The notes under the pieces were generated by a model, which did not search any database, was not told the origin of the DNA, and was given only the letters and a program-made list of their open reading frames with translations. A program made the position numbers and the translations under genes. DNA of 64,000 nt, taken from the NCBI GenBank assembly GCA_963700145.1, contig OY969474.1:3936001-4000000 (forward strand), in the 5' to 3' direction. This DNA is from an uncultured Acidobacteriota bacterium (GTDB taxonomy: Bacteria > Acidobacteriota > Thermoanaerobaculia > Multivoradales > UBA5704). Below, one piece after another: positions 50,913-60,679 of this stretch; the stretch's first letter is position 1; each line of letters starts with the position of its first letter.

Positions 50913-52388
50913 GTGCGGCTCGCGGAGCTGACCGCAGGGCTTCCGGTCACCCCGCCGCCAGGCGAGGGGTGGCGGGAGGTGGAGGTCGTGGGCGTGGCGC
51001 ACGACTCGCGCGCCGTCGCCCCCGGCGACCTCTTCGTCGCCTGGGCCGGTGAGCGGCACGACGGCCGCGCCTTCGCGCCGCAGGCGGTCGAGCGCGGCGC
51101 CGCCGCGGTGCTCGGCGCCGGCCCGGCGCCGCAGGGGATCGCGGTCCCCTGGCTCGCCGGCGCCGACCCGCGCGCCCTGCTGGCGCCGCTCGCCGCCCGC
51201 GTCTACGACCATCCCGACCGCGAGCTGGTCGTCGCCGGCGTTACCGGCACGAACGGCAAGTCGACGGTCGCGACGCTCATCGCGGCGGTCCTCGAAGCCG
51301 CTGGCCGCCGCGCCGGCTTCATCGGCACCCTCGGCTACCGGCTGGGCGGGGTGGCGTTCCCCGGCGAGCGCACGACCCCCGAAGCCTCGGACCTCTTCCG
51401 CACCCTGCGCGCCATGCGCCAGCGCGGCGCGCGGGCGGTGGCGATGGAGGTCTCCTCGCACGCCCTGGAGCAGGGGCGGGTGGCGGGGCTTGGCTTCGAC
51501 GTCGCCGTCTTCACCAACCTGACACGCGACCACCTGGAGTACCACGGCTCGATGGAGAGCTACTTCGCCGCCAAGCGGCGGCTCTTCGAGCTGCTGAAGC
51601 CGGCCGGCCGGGCGGCGGTCAACCTCGACGACGAATGGGGCCGGCGGCTCGCCGCCGAGCTGCCGGGGGCGCTCACCTACGGGGAAGGGGGCGAGGTGCG
51701 GGCCGAGGAGGTCGAGCTGACGATGTCCGGCATCCGCGCGCGGGTCGCGACCCCTGCCGGTAACTTCGCCCTCGCTTCGGCGCTGCGCGGCCGCTTCAAC
51801 CTGGAGAACCTCCTCGCCGCGACCGCCGCGGCGGTGGCTCTCGATCTCCCTCTCGCCGCCGCCGAGGCCGCCTTCGCGCGGCAGGAGCCGGTGCCGGGGC
51901 GGCTCGAGCCGGTGGACCGCGGCCAGCCGTTCGCCGCCTATGTCGATTACGCGCACACCGACGCGGCGCTGGCGGCGGCCCTGCGCTCGGCGCGCGAGCT
52001 GGCTGCCGGCCGCGTGATCCTGGTCTTCGGCTGCGGCGGCGAGCGCGACCCCGGCAAGCGGCCGCTGATGGGGCGGGTGGCCGGCGAGCTGGCGGACCTG
52101 CCGATCGCCACCTCCGACAACCCCCGCCGCGAGGACCCGCTGGCGATCCTCGCCGCGGTCGAGGAAGGGCTCGCGGCGAGCGGCAACCCGGACTACCGCG
52201 TCGTCCCCGACCGCCGCGCCGCGATCCGCGAGGCGGTCGCCGCGGCGCGCCCCGGCGACGTCGTGCTGGTAGCCGGCAAGGGGCACGAGGCGACGCAGGT
52301 CGTGGGCGAGGAGAAGCTGCCGTTTTCCGATCGCGACGAGCTGGCGCGGGCACTGGAGGGCCGCTTCGGTGCGGGCGACCTTGGCTGA
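50913..52388 (+). CDS. murE: UDP-MurNAc-tripeptide ligase MurE
   Basis: GTNGKST, TTPE, MEVSSH, DYAHT, SDNPR (DAP-type), AGKGHE; start could be 50907. Confidence 0.95.
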   Translation: MRLAELTAGLPVTPPPGEGWREVEVVGVAHDSRAVAPGDLFVAWAGERHDGRAFAPQAVERGAAAVLGAGPAPQGIAVPWLAGADPRALLAPLAARVYDHPDRELVVAGVTGTNGKSTVATLIAAVLEAAGRRAGFIGTLGYRLGGVAFPGERTTPEASDLFRTLRAMRQRGARAVAMEVSSHALEQGRVAGLGFDVAVFTNLTRDHLEYHGSMESYFAAKRRLFELLKPAGRAAVNLDDEWGRRLAAELPGALTYGEGGEVRAEEVELTMSGIRARVATPAGNFALASALRGRFNLENLLAATAAAVALDLPLAAAEAAFARQEPVPGRLEPVDRGQPFAAYVDYAHTDAALAAALRSARELAAGRVILVFGCGGERDPGKRPLMGRVAGELADLPIATSDNPRREDPLAILAAVEEGLAASGNPDYRVVPDRRAAIREAVAAARPGDVVLVAGKGHEATQVVGEEKLPFSDRDELARALEGRFGAGDLG

Positions 52389-53745
52389 GGCCGCGGCGGC
52401 GATGGACGGCAGGCTGGCGGGCGCCGACGGCGCAACGCCCTGGGAGGGGGTGGCGATCGACTCGCGCGCGGTGCGCGCTGGGCAGCTCTTCTTCGCCCTC
52501 CCCGGCGCGCGCACCGACGGCCACAGCTTCCTGCCGCAGGCGCTCGCCGCCGGCGCCGCCGCCGTGGTGGTGCACGACGACTCCGCGCTGCCGGAAGGGG
52601 CGCCGCACATCGCCGTGCCCGACACCTTCGAGGCGCTGCACGCCCTCACCCGCCACGCCCGCGCCCGGGTGCCGGAGAAGCTCGCCGCGGTCACCGGCTC
52701 GGTGGGGAAGACCACCACCAAGGAGCTGCTGGCGGCGATGCTGGCGCGCCGCTTCCGGGTGGCGCGCACGCCGGGGAACCTCAACAGCCTCTACGGCTTC
52801 CCGCTGGGGCTCCTCGACGTCCCCGCGGACACCGAGTGGATGGTGGCCGAGATGGGGATGTCGACGCCGGGGGAGCTGGCCCGCCTGTCGCGCCTCGGCC
52901 GGCCGGACGTGGCGGTCTTCACCGCCGTGCGGCCGGTGCACCTGGAGTTCTTCGGCAGCCTGCGCGCCATCGCCGAGGCCAAGGCCGAGCTGCTGGCCGG
53001 GCTGGCTCCGGATGGGCTGGTGGTCGCCAACGCCGACGACCCCGAGGTGGCGCGCATCGGCCGCCGCCACGAGGACGAGGGGGGACGGGTGGTGTGGTAC
53101 GGCGCGGCCGGCGAGGTGCGGGCGCGCGACGTCGCGCCGGCGGCCGAAGGGGTCGGCACACGGTTCGTCCTCGAGGCCGGCGGCGAGAGCGCCGAGGTGC
53201 TCCTGCCGCTCCACGGCCTCTACAACGTCGAGAACTGCCTTGCGGCGGCGGCCGCGGCGCGGGCGATCGGTGTGCCGCTCGCCCAGATCGCTGCGGCCGC
53301 CGCGGAGGTGCAGCCGGCGGCGATGCGCGGCGTGGTGCATCGCCTCCCCGGCGGCGTCACCCTGATCGACGACTCCTACAACTCCAACCCCGACGCGCTG
53401 GCCCGCGCGCTGGAGAGCGCTTCGCTCCTGCCCGCCCAGCGCCGGCTCGCCGTCCTCGGCGACATGCTGGAGCTGGGGCCGGAGGGGCCCGAGTTCCACC
53501 GCGAGGCCGGGCGCAAGGCGGCCGAGCTGGGGTTCTCGCCGATCGTGGGAGTCGGCGAGCTGGCGCGCGAGCTGGTGGCGGGCGCCGAAGAGGTCGACGT
53601 CGAGACCGACTGGTTCGAGGACGCGGAGAGCGCCGCCGCCTGGATGCCCGAGGAACTGCGCTCGGGCGACCTCCTGCTGGTCAAGGGCTCGCGCGGCGTC
53701 GGCCTCGACCGCGTCGTCAAGGCGCTGCTCGAGAGGGCCGCCTAG
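52369..53745 (+). CDS. murF: MurF ligase
   Basis: TGSVGKTTTKE, EMGM, DSYNSNP, GDMLELG, KGSRG. Confidence 0.95.
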   Translation: MRATLAEAAAAMDGRLAGADGATPWEGVAIDSRAVRAGQLFFALPGARTDGHSFLPQALAAGAAAVVVHDDSALPEGAPHIAVPDTFEALHALTRHARARVPEKLAAVTGSVGKTTTKELLAAMLARRFRVARTPGNLNSLYGFPLGLLDVPADTEWMVAEMGMSTPGELARLSRLGRPDVAVFTAVRPVHLEFFGSLRAIAEAKAELLAGLAPDGLVVANADDPEVARIGRRHEDEGGRVVWYGAAGEVRARDVAPAAEGVGTRFVLEAGGESAEVLLPLHGLYNVENCLAAAAAARAIGVPLAQIAAAAAEVQPAAMRGVVHRLPGGVTLIDDSYNSNPDALARALESASLLPAQRRLAVLGDMLELGPEGPEFHREAGRKAAELGFSPIVGVGELARELVAGAEEVDVETDWFEDAESAAAWMPEELRSGDLLLVKGSRGVGLDRVVKALLERAA

Positions 53746-54821
53746 TGCTTTACCACTTCCTCTATCCGCTGGCCGACCAGGTGCCGCTGTTCAACGTCTT
53801 CCGCTACATCACCTTCCGGGCGGCGGGGGCGATCGTCACCGCGCTGCTGCTCTCGCTCTTCCTCGGCCCCTGGTTCATCCGCACCCTGCGGCGCCTCTCG
53901 GTGGGGCAGAACATCCGCGAGCTCGGGCCGCAGGCGCATCAGGTCAAGGCCGGGACGCCGACGATGGGCGGCCTGCTGATCCTCTTCGCGGTCCTCGTCC
54001 CGACGCTGCTCTGGGCGACCCTCGACAACATCTACGTCTGGGTGGCGATGGCGGTGACCACCGCTTTCGGCGCCATCGGCTTCGCCGACGACTACCTCAA
54101 GGTGCGGCGGCGCAACAACCTCGGCCTGAGCGTCCGCGGCAAGTTCCTCCTCCAGGTGCTGGTGGCGGCGGCGCTCGGCGCCTATCTCCTCTGGCTGCCG
54201 GGCTTCGACGCGACCGTGTACTTCCCCTTCTTCAAGCGGCTGATCTGGCAGGCGGGGATCTTCTACGTGCCGTTCGTGGCGCTGGTGCTGGCGGGGACCT
54301 CGAACGCCGTCAACCTGACCGATGGCCTCGACGGCCTGGCGATCGGCGCGACGCTGGTGGCCAGCGCCACCTACGCCGTCTTCAGCTACATCGCCGGCAA
54401 CCGGGTCATCGCCAACTACCTGCAGGTGACTTACGTGCCCGGCGCCGGCGAGGTCACGGTCTTCTGCGGCGCCCTGGTGGGCGCCAGCCTCGGCTTCCTC
54501 TGGTTCAACTCCCATCCCGCCGAGGTCTTCATGGGAGACGTGGGGTCGCTCTCGATCGGCGCCGCCATCGGCAGCGTGGCCGTGCTCGCCAAGCAGGAGC
54601 TGGTGCTGGTGCTGGTCGGCGGCCTCTTCGTCATGGAGGCGCTCTCGGTGATCATCCAGGTCGTCTCCTTCAAGCTCACCGGCCGGCGCGTCTTCCGCAT
54701 GTCGCCGCTCCACCACCACTTCGAGCTCTCGGGGTGGGCGGAGCCTAAGGTCATCGTGCGCTTCTGGATCCTCTCGATCCTGTTCGCGCTCCTCTCTCTC
54801 TCGACGTTGAAGCTGCGATGA
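53745..54821 (+). CDS. mraY: Phospho-MurNAc-pentapeptide transferase
   Basis: KAGTPTMGG, DDYLK, NAVNLTDGLDGL, FMGDVGS, PLHHHFE. Confidence 0.96.
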   Translation: MLYHFLYPLADQVPLFNVFRYITFRAAGAIVTALLLSLFLGPWFIRTLRRLSVGQNIRELGPQAHQVKAGTPTMGGLLILFAVLVPTLLWATLDNIYVWVAMAVTTAFGAIGFADDYLKVRRRNNLGLSVRGKFLLQVLVAAALGAYLLWLPGFDATVYFPFFKRLIWQAGIFYVPFVALVLAGTSNAVNLTDGLDGLAIGATLVASATYAVFSYIAGNRVIANYLQVTYVPGAGEVTVFCGALVGASLGFLWFNSHPAEVFMGDVGSLSIGAAIGSVAVLAKQELVLVLVGGLFVMEALSVIIQVVSFKLTGRRVFRMSPLHHHFELSGWAEPKVIVRFWILSILFALLSLSTLKLR

Positions 54822-56224
54822 GAGCGCCCTGGGCCAACGACGCGGAGTGGCGGCGGGTGCTGGTCTACGGGCTTGGCCTCTCGGGGAAGGCGGCGGCGCG
54901 CCTGCTGCTGCGGCAGGGTGTCGCGGTGGTCGGCGTGGACGCCCGCCCGGCCCCGGTCCTCGACCTCGGCGACCTGGCCGGCGACCCGCGGCTCGAGCTG
55001 GCCGGACCGCCCGAGCCGACCGAGCTGCCGCCCGGCATCGACGGCGTGGTGCTCTCCCCCGGCGTGCCGCCCGACCGCCCGCTCCTCGCCGACGCCCGGC
55101 GCCGCGGCGTGCCGGTCATCGCCGAGGTGGAGCTCGCCTTCCCCTTCCTCGACGGGCCGGTGGTGGCGATCACCGGCAGCAACGGCAAGAGCACGACGAC
55201 CGCCCTGGCCGGCGCCATGCTCCGCGCCGCCGGCCGCTGGGTCGAGGTCTGCGGCAACATCGGCGAGCCGCTGGCCGGCCGCGTCGAGGGCCCTCCGGGG
55301 CGGATCTTCGTCGTCGAGCTGTCGAGCTTCCAGATCGAGGGCATCGTCGGCTTCCGGCCGCAGGCGGCGGCGCTCTTGAACCTCTCCGAGGACCACCTCG
55401 ACCGCTACGGCAGCATGGCCGAGTACGCGGCGGCCAAGAAGCGGCTCTTCGCGGGGCTCGGGGCCGACGCCGTCGCCGTGCTCAACGCCGACGACCCGGC
55501 GACGCTGGAGGTCGCGACCGCGGCGCGCAAGCGGCTCTTTTCGCGCCGCGGGCCGGTGGCCGACGGCTGCTTCCTCGACGGCGAGCTGGTCGTCGAGGTC
55601 GATCCCGGCGAGCCGCCGGTCGCGCTCTTCAGCGCCGGCGACGTGCCGCTCGCCGGGGTGCAGAACCTGGAGAACGCGATGGCCGCGGCGCTGCTGGCGC
55701 GCGCCGCCGGCGCCGACCCGGGGGAGCTGCGCGAGGGGCTGCGCGCCTTCGAGGGGCTGCCGCACCGGCTGCAGCGCGTCGGCGAGCGCGCCGGCGTCGT
55801 CTTCTACGACGACTCGAAGGGCACCAACCCGGCGGCCACCGCCAAGTCGCTCGAGGGGTTCGCCGACGGCAGCGTCCACCTGATCCTGGGCGGCCGCAAC
55901 AAGGGCGCGGACCTGGGGGCGCTGGCGCCGCTCGTCGGCCAGAAGGCCAAGCGCCTCTACCTGATCGGCGAGGCCGCCGGCGACTTCGAGCGCGCGCTCG
56001 CCGGCGCCGCGCCGGCCGAGCGGGCGGAGACCCTGGAGCGGGCGGTGCGCGCGGCGGCGGAGCGGGCGCGGCCGGGCGAGGCGGTCGTCCTGTCGCCGGC
56101 CTGCGCCAGCTTCGACCAGTTCCGCAACTTCGTCCACCGCGGCGAGGTCTTCCAGGCGCTGGTGCGCGACGTCACGGCGCCGGCCGGTGAAGGAGGGGGC
56201 CATGGCCAAGAAGCTGGCCTTTGA
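54818..56224 (+). CDS. murD: MurD ligase
   Basis: GLGLSG, SPGVP, GSNGKSTT, ELSSFQ, DSKGTN, SPACASFDQF. Confidence 0.95.
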   Translation: MRAPWANDAEWRRVLVYGLGLSGKAAARLLLRQGVAVVGVDARPAPVLDLGDLAGDPRLELAGPPEPTELPPGIDGVVLSPGVPPDRPLLADARRRGVPVIAEVELAFPFLDGPVVAITGSNGKSTTTALAGAMLRAAGRWVEVCGNIGEPLAGRVEGPPGRIFVVELSSFQIEGIVGFRPQAAALLNLSEDHLDRYGSMAEYAAAKKRLFAGLGADAVAVLNADDPATLEVATAARKRLFSRRGPVADGCFLDGELVVEVDPGEPPVALFSAGDVPLAGVQNLENAMAAALLARAAGADPGELREGLRAFEGLPHRLQRVGERAGVVFYDDSKGTNPAATAKSLEGFADGSVHLILGGRNKGADLGALAPLVGQKAKRLYLIGEAAGDFERALAGAAPAERAETLERAVRAAAERARPGEAVVLSPACASFDQFRNFVHRGEVFQALVRDVTAPAGEGGGHGQEAGL

Positions 56225-57287
56225 CAAGCTCCTCTTCACCACTGTCGTCCTGCTCCTGATCTTCGGGCTGGTGATGGTCTACTCGGCGAGCGCCGCGGTG
56301 GCTCGCGACAAAGGGGTGACCTTCAACCCCTTCCTGGTCAAGCAGGCCGCGGCCGCCGCCCTCGGCCTGGTGGCGATGGCCGCCGCCATGCACTTCGACT
56401 ACCGGCGGCTGCGCCGCGGCTGGATGGTCTACGGCCTGCTCGGCGGCGTCCTCGCCCTCCTCGTCGCCGTCCTCTTCCAGCCCGAGCTCAACGGCACCCG
56501 CCGTTGGTTCCACTTCGGCGGCGTCTCGCTCCAGCCCTCCGAGCTGGCGAAGCTCGCCTTCATTCCCTTCCTGGCTTGGCAGATCGAGCGCAAGTCCGAC
56601 CGCGTGAACCGCCCCGAGCTGCTGCTGCCGGTCGGGGCCTTCACCTGCCTGACCGCGGGGCTGATCCTGCTCGAGCCGGACCTCGGGACGGCCGTGCTCC
56701 TCTGTGCGACCACGTTCCTCCTCCTCTTCCTCGCCGGTCTCTCCTGGCGCTACGTGGTGGGGGCGGTGGCGGTGGCGGTGCCGGTCCTCTACCTGGCGGT
56801 CGTGGCGGTGCCCTACCGCCGCCAGCGGCTCTTCGCTTTCCTCGACCCGGAGGCCGACCCCTACGGCAGCGGCTTCCAGGCGCTGCAGTCGCTGATCGCG
56901 GTGGGCTCGGGGGGCGTGCTCGGCCTCGGGCCGGGGGCGAGCCACCAGAAGCTCTACTTCCTGCCGCACCCGCACTCGGACTTCGTCTACGCCATCGTCG
57001 CCGAAGAGCTGGGGATGATCGGTGCGCTGGTCCTCGTGGCGCTCTTCGGCGTCCTCGCCTGGCGCGGCGCCGCCGCCGGCTGGCGGGCCCCGGACCTCTT
57101 CGGCCGCTACCTCGGCTGGGGCTTCACGGGCATCCTAGTGCTGCAGGCGCTGATCAACATCAGCGTCGCGGTCGCCCTCCTGCCGACCAAGGGGATTCCG
57201 CTCCCCTTCATCTCCTACGGCGGCTCGTCGCTGGTGGTCTCGATGACCCTCTGCGGCGTGCTCCTCAACCTGTCGCAACACGGATGA
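56202..57287 (+). CDS. ftsW: SEDS protein FtsW
   Basis: MVYSAS, QPSELAK, EPDLG, HSDF, PTKGIPLPFISYGGSS. Confidence 0.95.
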   Translation: MAKKLAFDKLLFTTVVLLLIFGLVMVYSASAAVARDKGVTFNPFLVKQAAAAALGLVAMAAAMHFDYRRLRRGWMVYGLLGGVLALLVAVLFQPELNGTRRWFHFGGVSLQPSELAKLAFIPFLAWQIERKSDRVNRPELLLPVGAFTCLTAGLILLEPDLGTAVLLCATTFLLLFLAGLSWRYVVGAVAVAVPVLYLAVVAVPYRRQRLFAFLDPEADPYGSGFQALQSLIAVGSGGVLGLGPGASHQKLYFLPHPHSDFVYAIVAEELGMIGALVLVALFGVLAWRGAAAGWRAPDLFGRYLGWGFTGILVLQALINISVAVALLPTKGIPLPFISYGGSSLVVSMTLCGVLLNLSQHG

Positions 57288-57291
57288 GGCG

Positions 57292-58380
57292 ATGGCGCGC
57301 CCACCTCACGTCCTCCTCGCCGGCGGCGGCACCGGCGGCCATGTCTTCCCCGCCCTGGCGGTGGGGGACGAGCTCGCGCGCCGGGGGTGGACGGTGAGCT
57401 TCACCGGCGCCGCGACGGGGCTGGAGGCGCGGCTGGTGCCGGCGCGCGGCATCCCCTTCCATCCGCTGCCGGCCCTGCCGCTGGTCGGCAAGAGCGCGGC
57501 GGCGCGGGCGCGGGCGCTCGCCACGCTCGGGCGGTCGGCCCTGGCGGCGCGGCGGCTGGTGCGCTCGCTCGGCGTCGACGCCGTGCTCGGCACCGGCGGC
57601 TACGTCTCGGCGCCGGCGGTCGTCGGCGCGCGGCTCGTCGGCCGGCCGGTGCTGCTGCTCGAGCCGAACGCCCGCGCCGGTGTCGCGAACCGCTGGCTCT
57701 CGCGCTGGGCGGCGGGGGCGGCGGTCGCCTACGACTCGGCGCGCGCCGACCTCGCCTGCCCGGTCTGGGTGACCGGCGTGCCGGTGCGGGAGGAGTTCTT
57801 CCTGGTCGGCCCCGAGCTGCCCGCCGGCCCACCGCGCCTGCTGGTGCTCGGCGGCAGCCAGGGGGCGCGGCAGGTGAACGAGCTGCTGCCCGCCGCGGTG
57901 GCGGCGCTCGCCCCACGGCTGCCCGGGCTCACCGTGCTGCATCAGGTCGGCGAGCGCAATCTCGAGGCCGCGCGCGCCGCGTGGGCGGCGAGCGGCGTGC
58001 CGGCGTCGCAGGTCGAAGTGGCGCCGTTCCTCGACGACGTCGCGGGCGCGATGGCCGCCGCTCACCTGATCGTCTCGCGCGCCGGCGCGCTCACCACCGC
58101 CGAGATCTGCGCCGCCGGCCGCGCGTCGCTCCTCCTGCCGCTGGCCATCGCCAAGGGGCACCAGGGGGAGAACGCGGCGGTGCTGGCGGAGGCCGGCGCC
58201 GCCGAGGTGCTGGCCGGCGGCGAGGTCACCGCCGAGCGCTTGCAGGCACTCCTCGCCGCGCTGCTCCCCGACCGCGAGCGGCTGGCGCAGATGGCGCGCG
58301 CCGCCCGCGGCCTGGCGCGCCCGCGCGCCGCCGCAGCGATCGCCGACCGTCTCGAGCAACTGGTGGAGGCCGGGCTTTGA
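57292..58380 (+). CDS. murG: MurG transferase
   Basis: GGGTGGHVFP, GGYVS, GGSQGA, SRAGA, HQGENA. Confidence 0.95.
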   Translation: MARPPHVLLAGGGTGGHVFPALAVGDELARRGWTVSFTGAATGLEARLVPARGIPFHPLPALPLVGKSAAARARALATLGRSALAARRLVRSLGVDAVLGTGGYVSAPAVVGARLVGRPVLLLEPNARAGVANRWLSRWAAGAAVAYDSARADLACPVWVTGVPVREEFFLVGPELPAGPPRLLVLGGSQGARQVNELLPAAVAALAPRLPGLTVLHQVGERNLEAARAAWAASGVPASQVEVAPFLDDVAGAMAAAHLIVSRAGALTTAEICAAGRASLLLPLAIAKGHQGENAAVLAEAGAAEVLAGGEVTAERLQALLAALLPDRERLAQMARAARGLARPRAAAAIADRLEQLVEAGL

Positions 58381-59786
58381 GCTTCATCCCCTACACCGAC
58401 CTGACCCGCATCCACTTCGTGGGGATCGGCGGCGCCGGCATGAGCGGCATCGCCGAGATCCTGCTGCAGCCCGGCTTCGACCTCGAGATCTCCGGCTGCG
58501 ACCTGCAGGCGAGCCCCGTGACCCGCCGCCTCGCCGACGAGCTGGGCGCCCGCATCGAGGTGGGCCATTCGCCCGAGCACCTGGAGGGCGTCGAGCTGCT
58601 GGTCACCTCCTCGGCGGTGGCCGAGGACAACGCCGAGGTGCGCGAGGCGCGGCGCCGCGGCATCACCGTCGTCCGCCGCGCCGAGATGCTCGGCGAGCTG
58701 ATGCGCCTCAAGTACGGCATCGCCGTCGCCGGCACCCACGGCAAGACGACGACCACCTCGCTCATCGGCACCATGCTGACCGACGCCGGCCTCGACCCCA
58801 CGGTCATCGTCGGCGGCCGCCTGCGCCTGCAGGGCACCGGTGCGCGCCTCGGCCGGAGCCAGTACCTGGTGGCCGAGGCCGACGAGTTCGACCGCAGCTT
58901 CCTGCGGCTGACGCCGGTGGTGGCGGTGGTGACGACGATCGACGCCGACCACCTCGACACCTACCGCGACCTCGACGACATCCGCGACGCCTTCGTCCAG
59001 TTCGCCAGCCGCGTCCCGTTCTTCGGCCGTGTGGTCGTCGGCCTCGACGACCCGAACGTGCAGCGCATCCTGCCGCGCCTGGCCGACCGCCGCATCGTCA
59101 CCTACGGCTTCTCGCCGCAGGCCGACCTCTCGGCGGTGGACGTCGAACCCCACGTGGGAGGTACCCGCTTCGGCGTCCGCCACCTCCAGCGCGGCCTCCT
59201 CGGCCGCGTCGAGCTGCCGATCCCCGGCCGCCACAACGTCGCCAACGCCCTCGCCGCGGTGGGCGTCGGCCTCGCCCTGCGCCTCCCCTTCGACGTCGTC
59301 GCCCGCGGCCTCGCCACCTTCGAAGGGGTGGACCGCCGCTTCGAGCAGGTGGGGAGCTGGCGCGGCGCCACGGTCGTGGACGACTACGCCCACCACCCGA
59401 CCGAGGTGGCGGCGACACTGGAGGCGGCGCGCCAGACCTTCCCCAAGGCGCGCCTCCACGTCGTCTTCCAGCCCCACCTCTTCTCGCGCACGCGCGACCA
59501 GGCGGAGGCCTTCGGCCGCGCGCTCCTCGCCGCCGACCGCGCGGTGGTGACCGATGTCTACGCCTCGCGCGAGTCGCCGCTGCCGGGGGTGACCGGCGAG
59601 CTGGTGACGAGCGCCGCGACGACCAGCGGCCACCGCAGCGTCCACTACTGCCGCGACTGGCAGGACGCGCCCGCGCTCCTCGCCGCCGAGGTGGAGCCCG
59701 GCGACGTCGTCCTCACCTTGGGCGCCGGCGACATCTACAAGCTGGCGCGCCAGCTCGCCGCCGAAGAGCTGGAGGCTGGCCTGTGA
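58377..59786 (+). CDS. murC: MurC ligase
   Basis: GIGGAGMSG, GTHGKTTT, EADE, DDYAHHPTE, FQPH. Confidence 0.95.
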   Translation: MSFIPYTDLTRIHFVGIGGAGMSGIAEILLQPGFDLEISGCDLQASPVTRRLADELGARIEVGHSPEHLEGVELLVTSSAVAEDNAEVREARRRGITVVRRAEMLGELMRLKYGIAVAGTHGKTTTTSLIGTMLTDAGLDPTVIVGGRLRLQGTGARLGRSQYLVAEADEFDRSFLRLTPVVAVVTTIDADHLDTYRDLDDIRDAFVQFASRVPFFGRVVVGLDDPNVQRILPRLADRRIVTYGFSPQADLSAVDVEPHVGGTRFGVRHLQRGLLGRVELPIPGRHNVANALAAVGVGLALRLPFDVVARGLATFEGVDRRFEQVGSWRGATVVDDYAHHPTEVAATLEAARQTFPKARLHVVFQPHLFSRTRDQAEAFGRALLAADRAVVTDVYASRESPLPGVTGELVTSAATTSGHRSVHYCRDWQDAPALLAAEVEPGDVVLTLGAGDIYKLARQLAAEELEAGL

Positions 59787-60679
59787 GCGGCGCCACTCTC
59801 CTGCGCGGCGCCCTATCGCCGGTCTCCGAGCAGCGCGAGCGCGGCTCGCTCTTCCGCCGCAAGGCGGTGGCGCCGCGGCGCCGGCGCCGCAACCTCCTGC
59901 TGCGCGTCGCCGGGCCGCTGGGACCGCCGCTGGCGCTCCTCGGCCTGCCGCTGGCGGTCGCCGGCTGGGTCCTCTCGGCGCCGCAGTTCGCGCTGCGCGA
60001 GGTGGTGGCGGAGGGCGGCGCGCGCGTGCCGGCCGTGTGGCTGGAAGGAGCGTTGGCGCCGCTCCGCGGCGCCAACCTCGTCCGCCTCGAGCTCGCCTCT
60101 GCCGAAGCGCGCCTGCGCCGCCACCCCTGGGTGGCCGAGGCCGAGCTGACGAAGGAGCTGCCGGGCCGCCTGCGCGTCGCCGTCGTCGAGCGGCAGCCGG
60201 TCGCCCTCCTCGCCCGCGGCGGCGGCCTCTACTTCGCCGACCAGCGCGGCCGCGCCATCGCCCCGGTCGGCCCCGGCGGCCGCGCCGCCGAGGACGCCCG
60301 CGGGCTCCTCGTCGTCGAGGCGCCCGAGCGCGCGCCGGACGGCCTACAGCGCGCCCTCGAGGTCGCCGCCGACCTCGGCCGCGCCAACCCCACCTGGGCC
60401 GGGAACCTGACCCGCGTCGAGGTGCTGGGCGACCGCGACTTCCGGCTCGCCACCGCCGCCCTCCCCTTCGCCCTCTTCGTGCGCGAGGGCGACGTGCAGC
60501 CGAAGGTGCGCCGCCTCGAGACCCTCCTCCCCGACCTCGCCACCCGCTACGCGGCGGTGGCGGCGGTCGACCTCCGCTTCGCGCGGCGGATCGTCGTACA
60601 GCCTTTGCTGTCTTCCAATGCATCGCAACCGGCGGCGCCCGCGCCGCCTCTTCCTCGAGGGGACCAGCCGCATGCCTAA
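59783..60679 (+). CDS. ftsQ: Cell division protein FtsQ/DivIB
   Basis: TM plus POTRA (PWVAEAEL...LPGRLRVAVVERQP), VDLRF. Confidence 0.85.
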   Translation: MSGATLLRGALSPVSEQRERGSLFRRKAVAPRRRRRNLLLRVAGPLGPPLALLGLPLAVAGWVLSAPQFALREVVAEGGARVPAVWLEGALAPLRGANLVRLELASAEARLRRHPWVAEAELTKELPGRLRVAVVERQPVALLARGGGLYFADQRGRAIAPVGPGGRAAEDARGLLVVEAPERAPDGLQRALEVAADLGRANPTWAGNLTRVEVLGDRDFRLATAALPFALFVREGDVQPKVRRLETLLPDLATRYAAVAAVDLRFARRIVVQPLLSSNASQPAAPAPPLPRGDQPHA

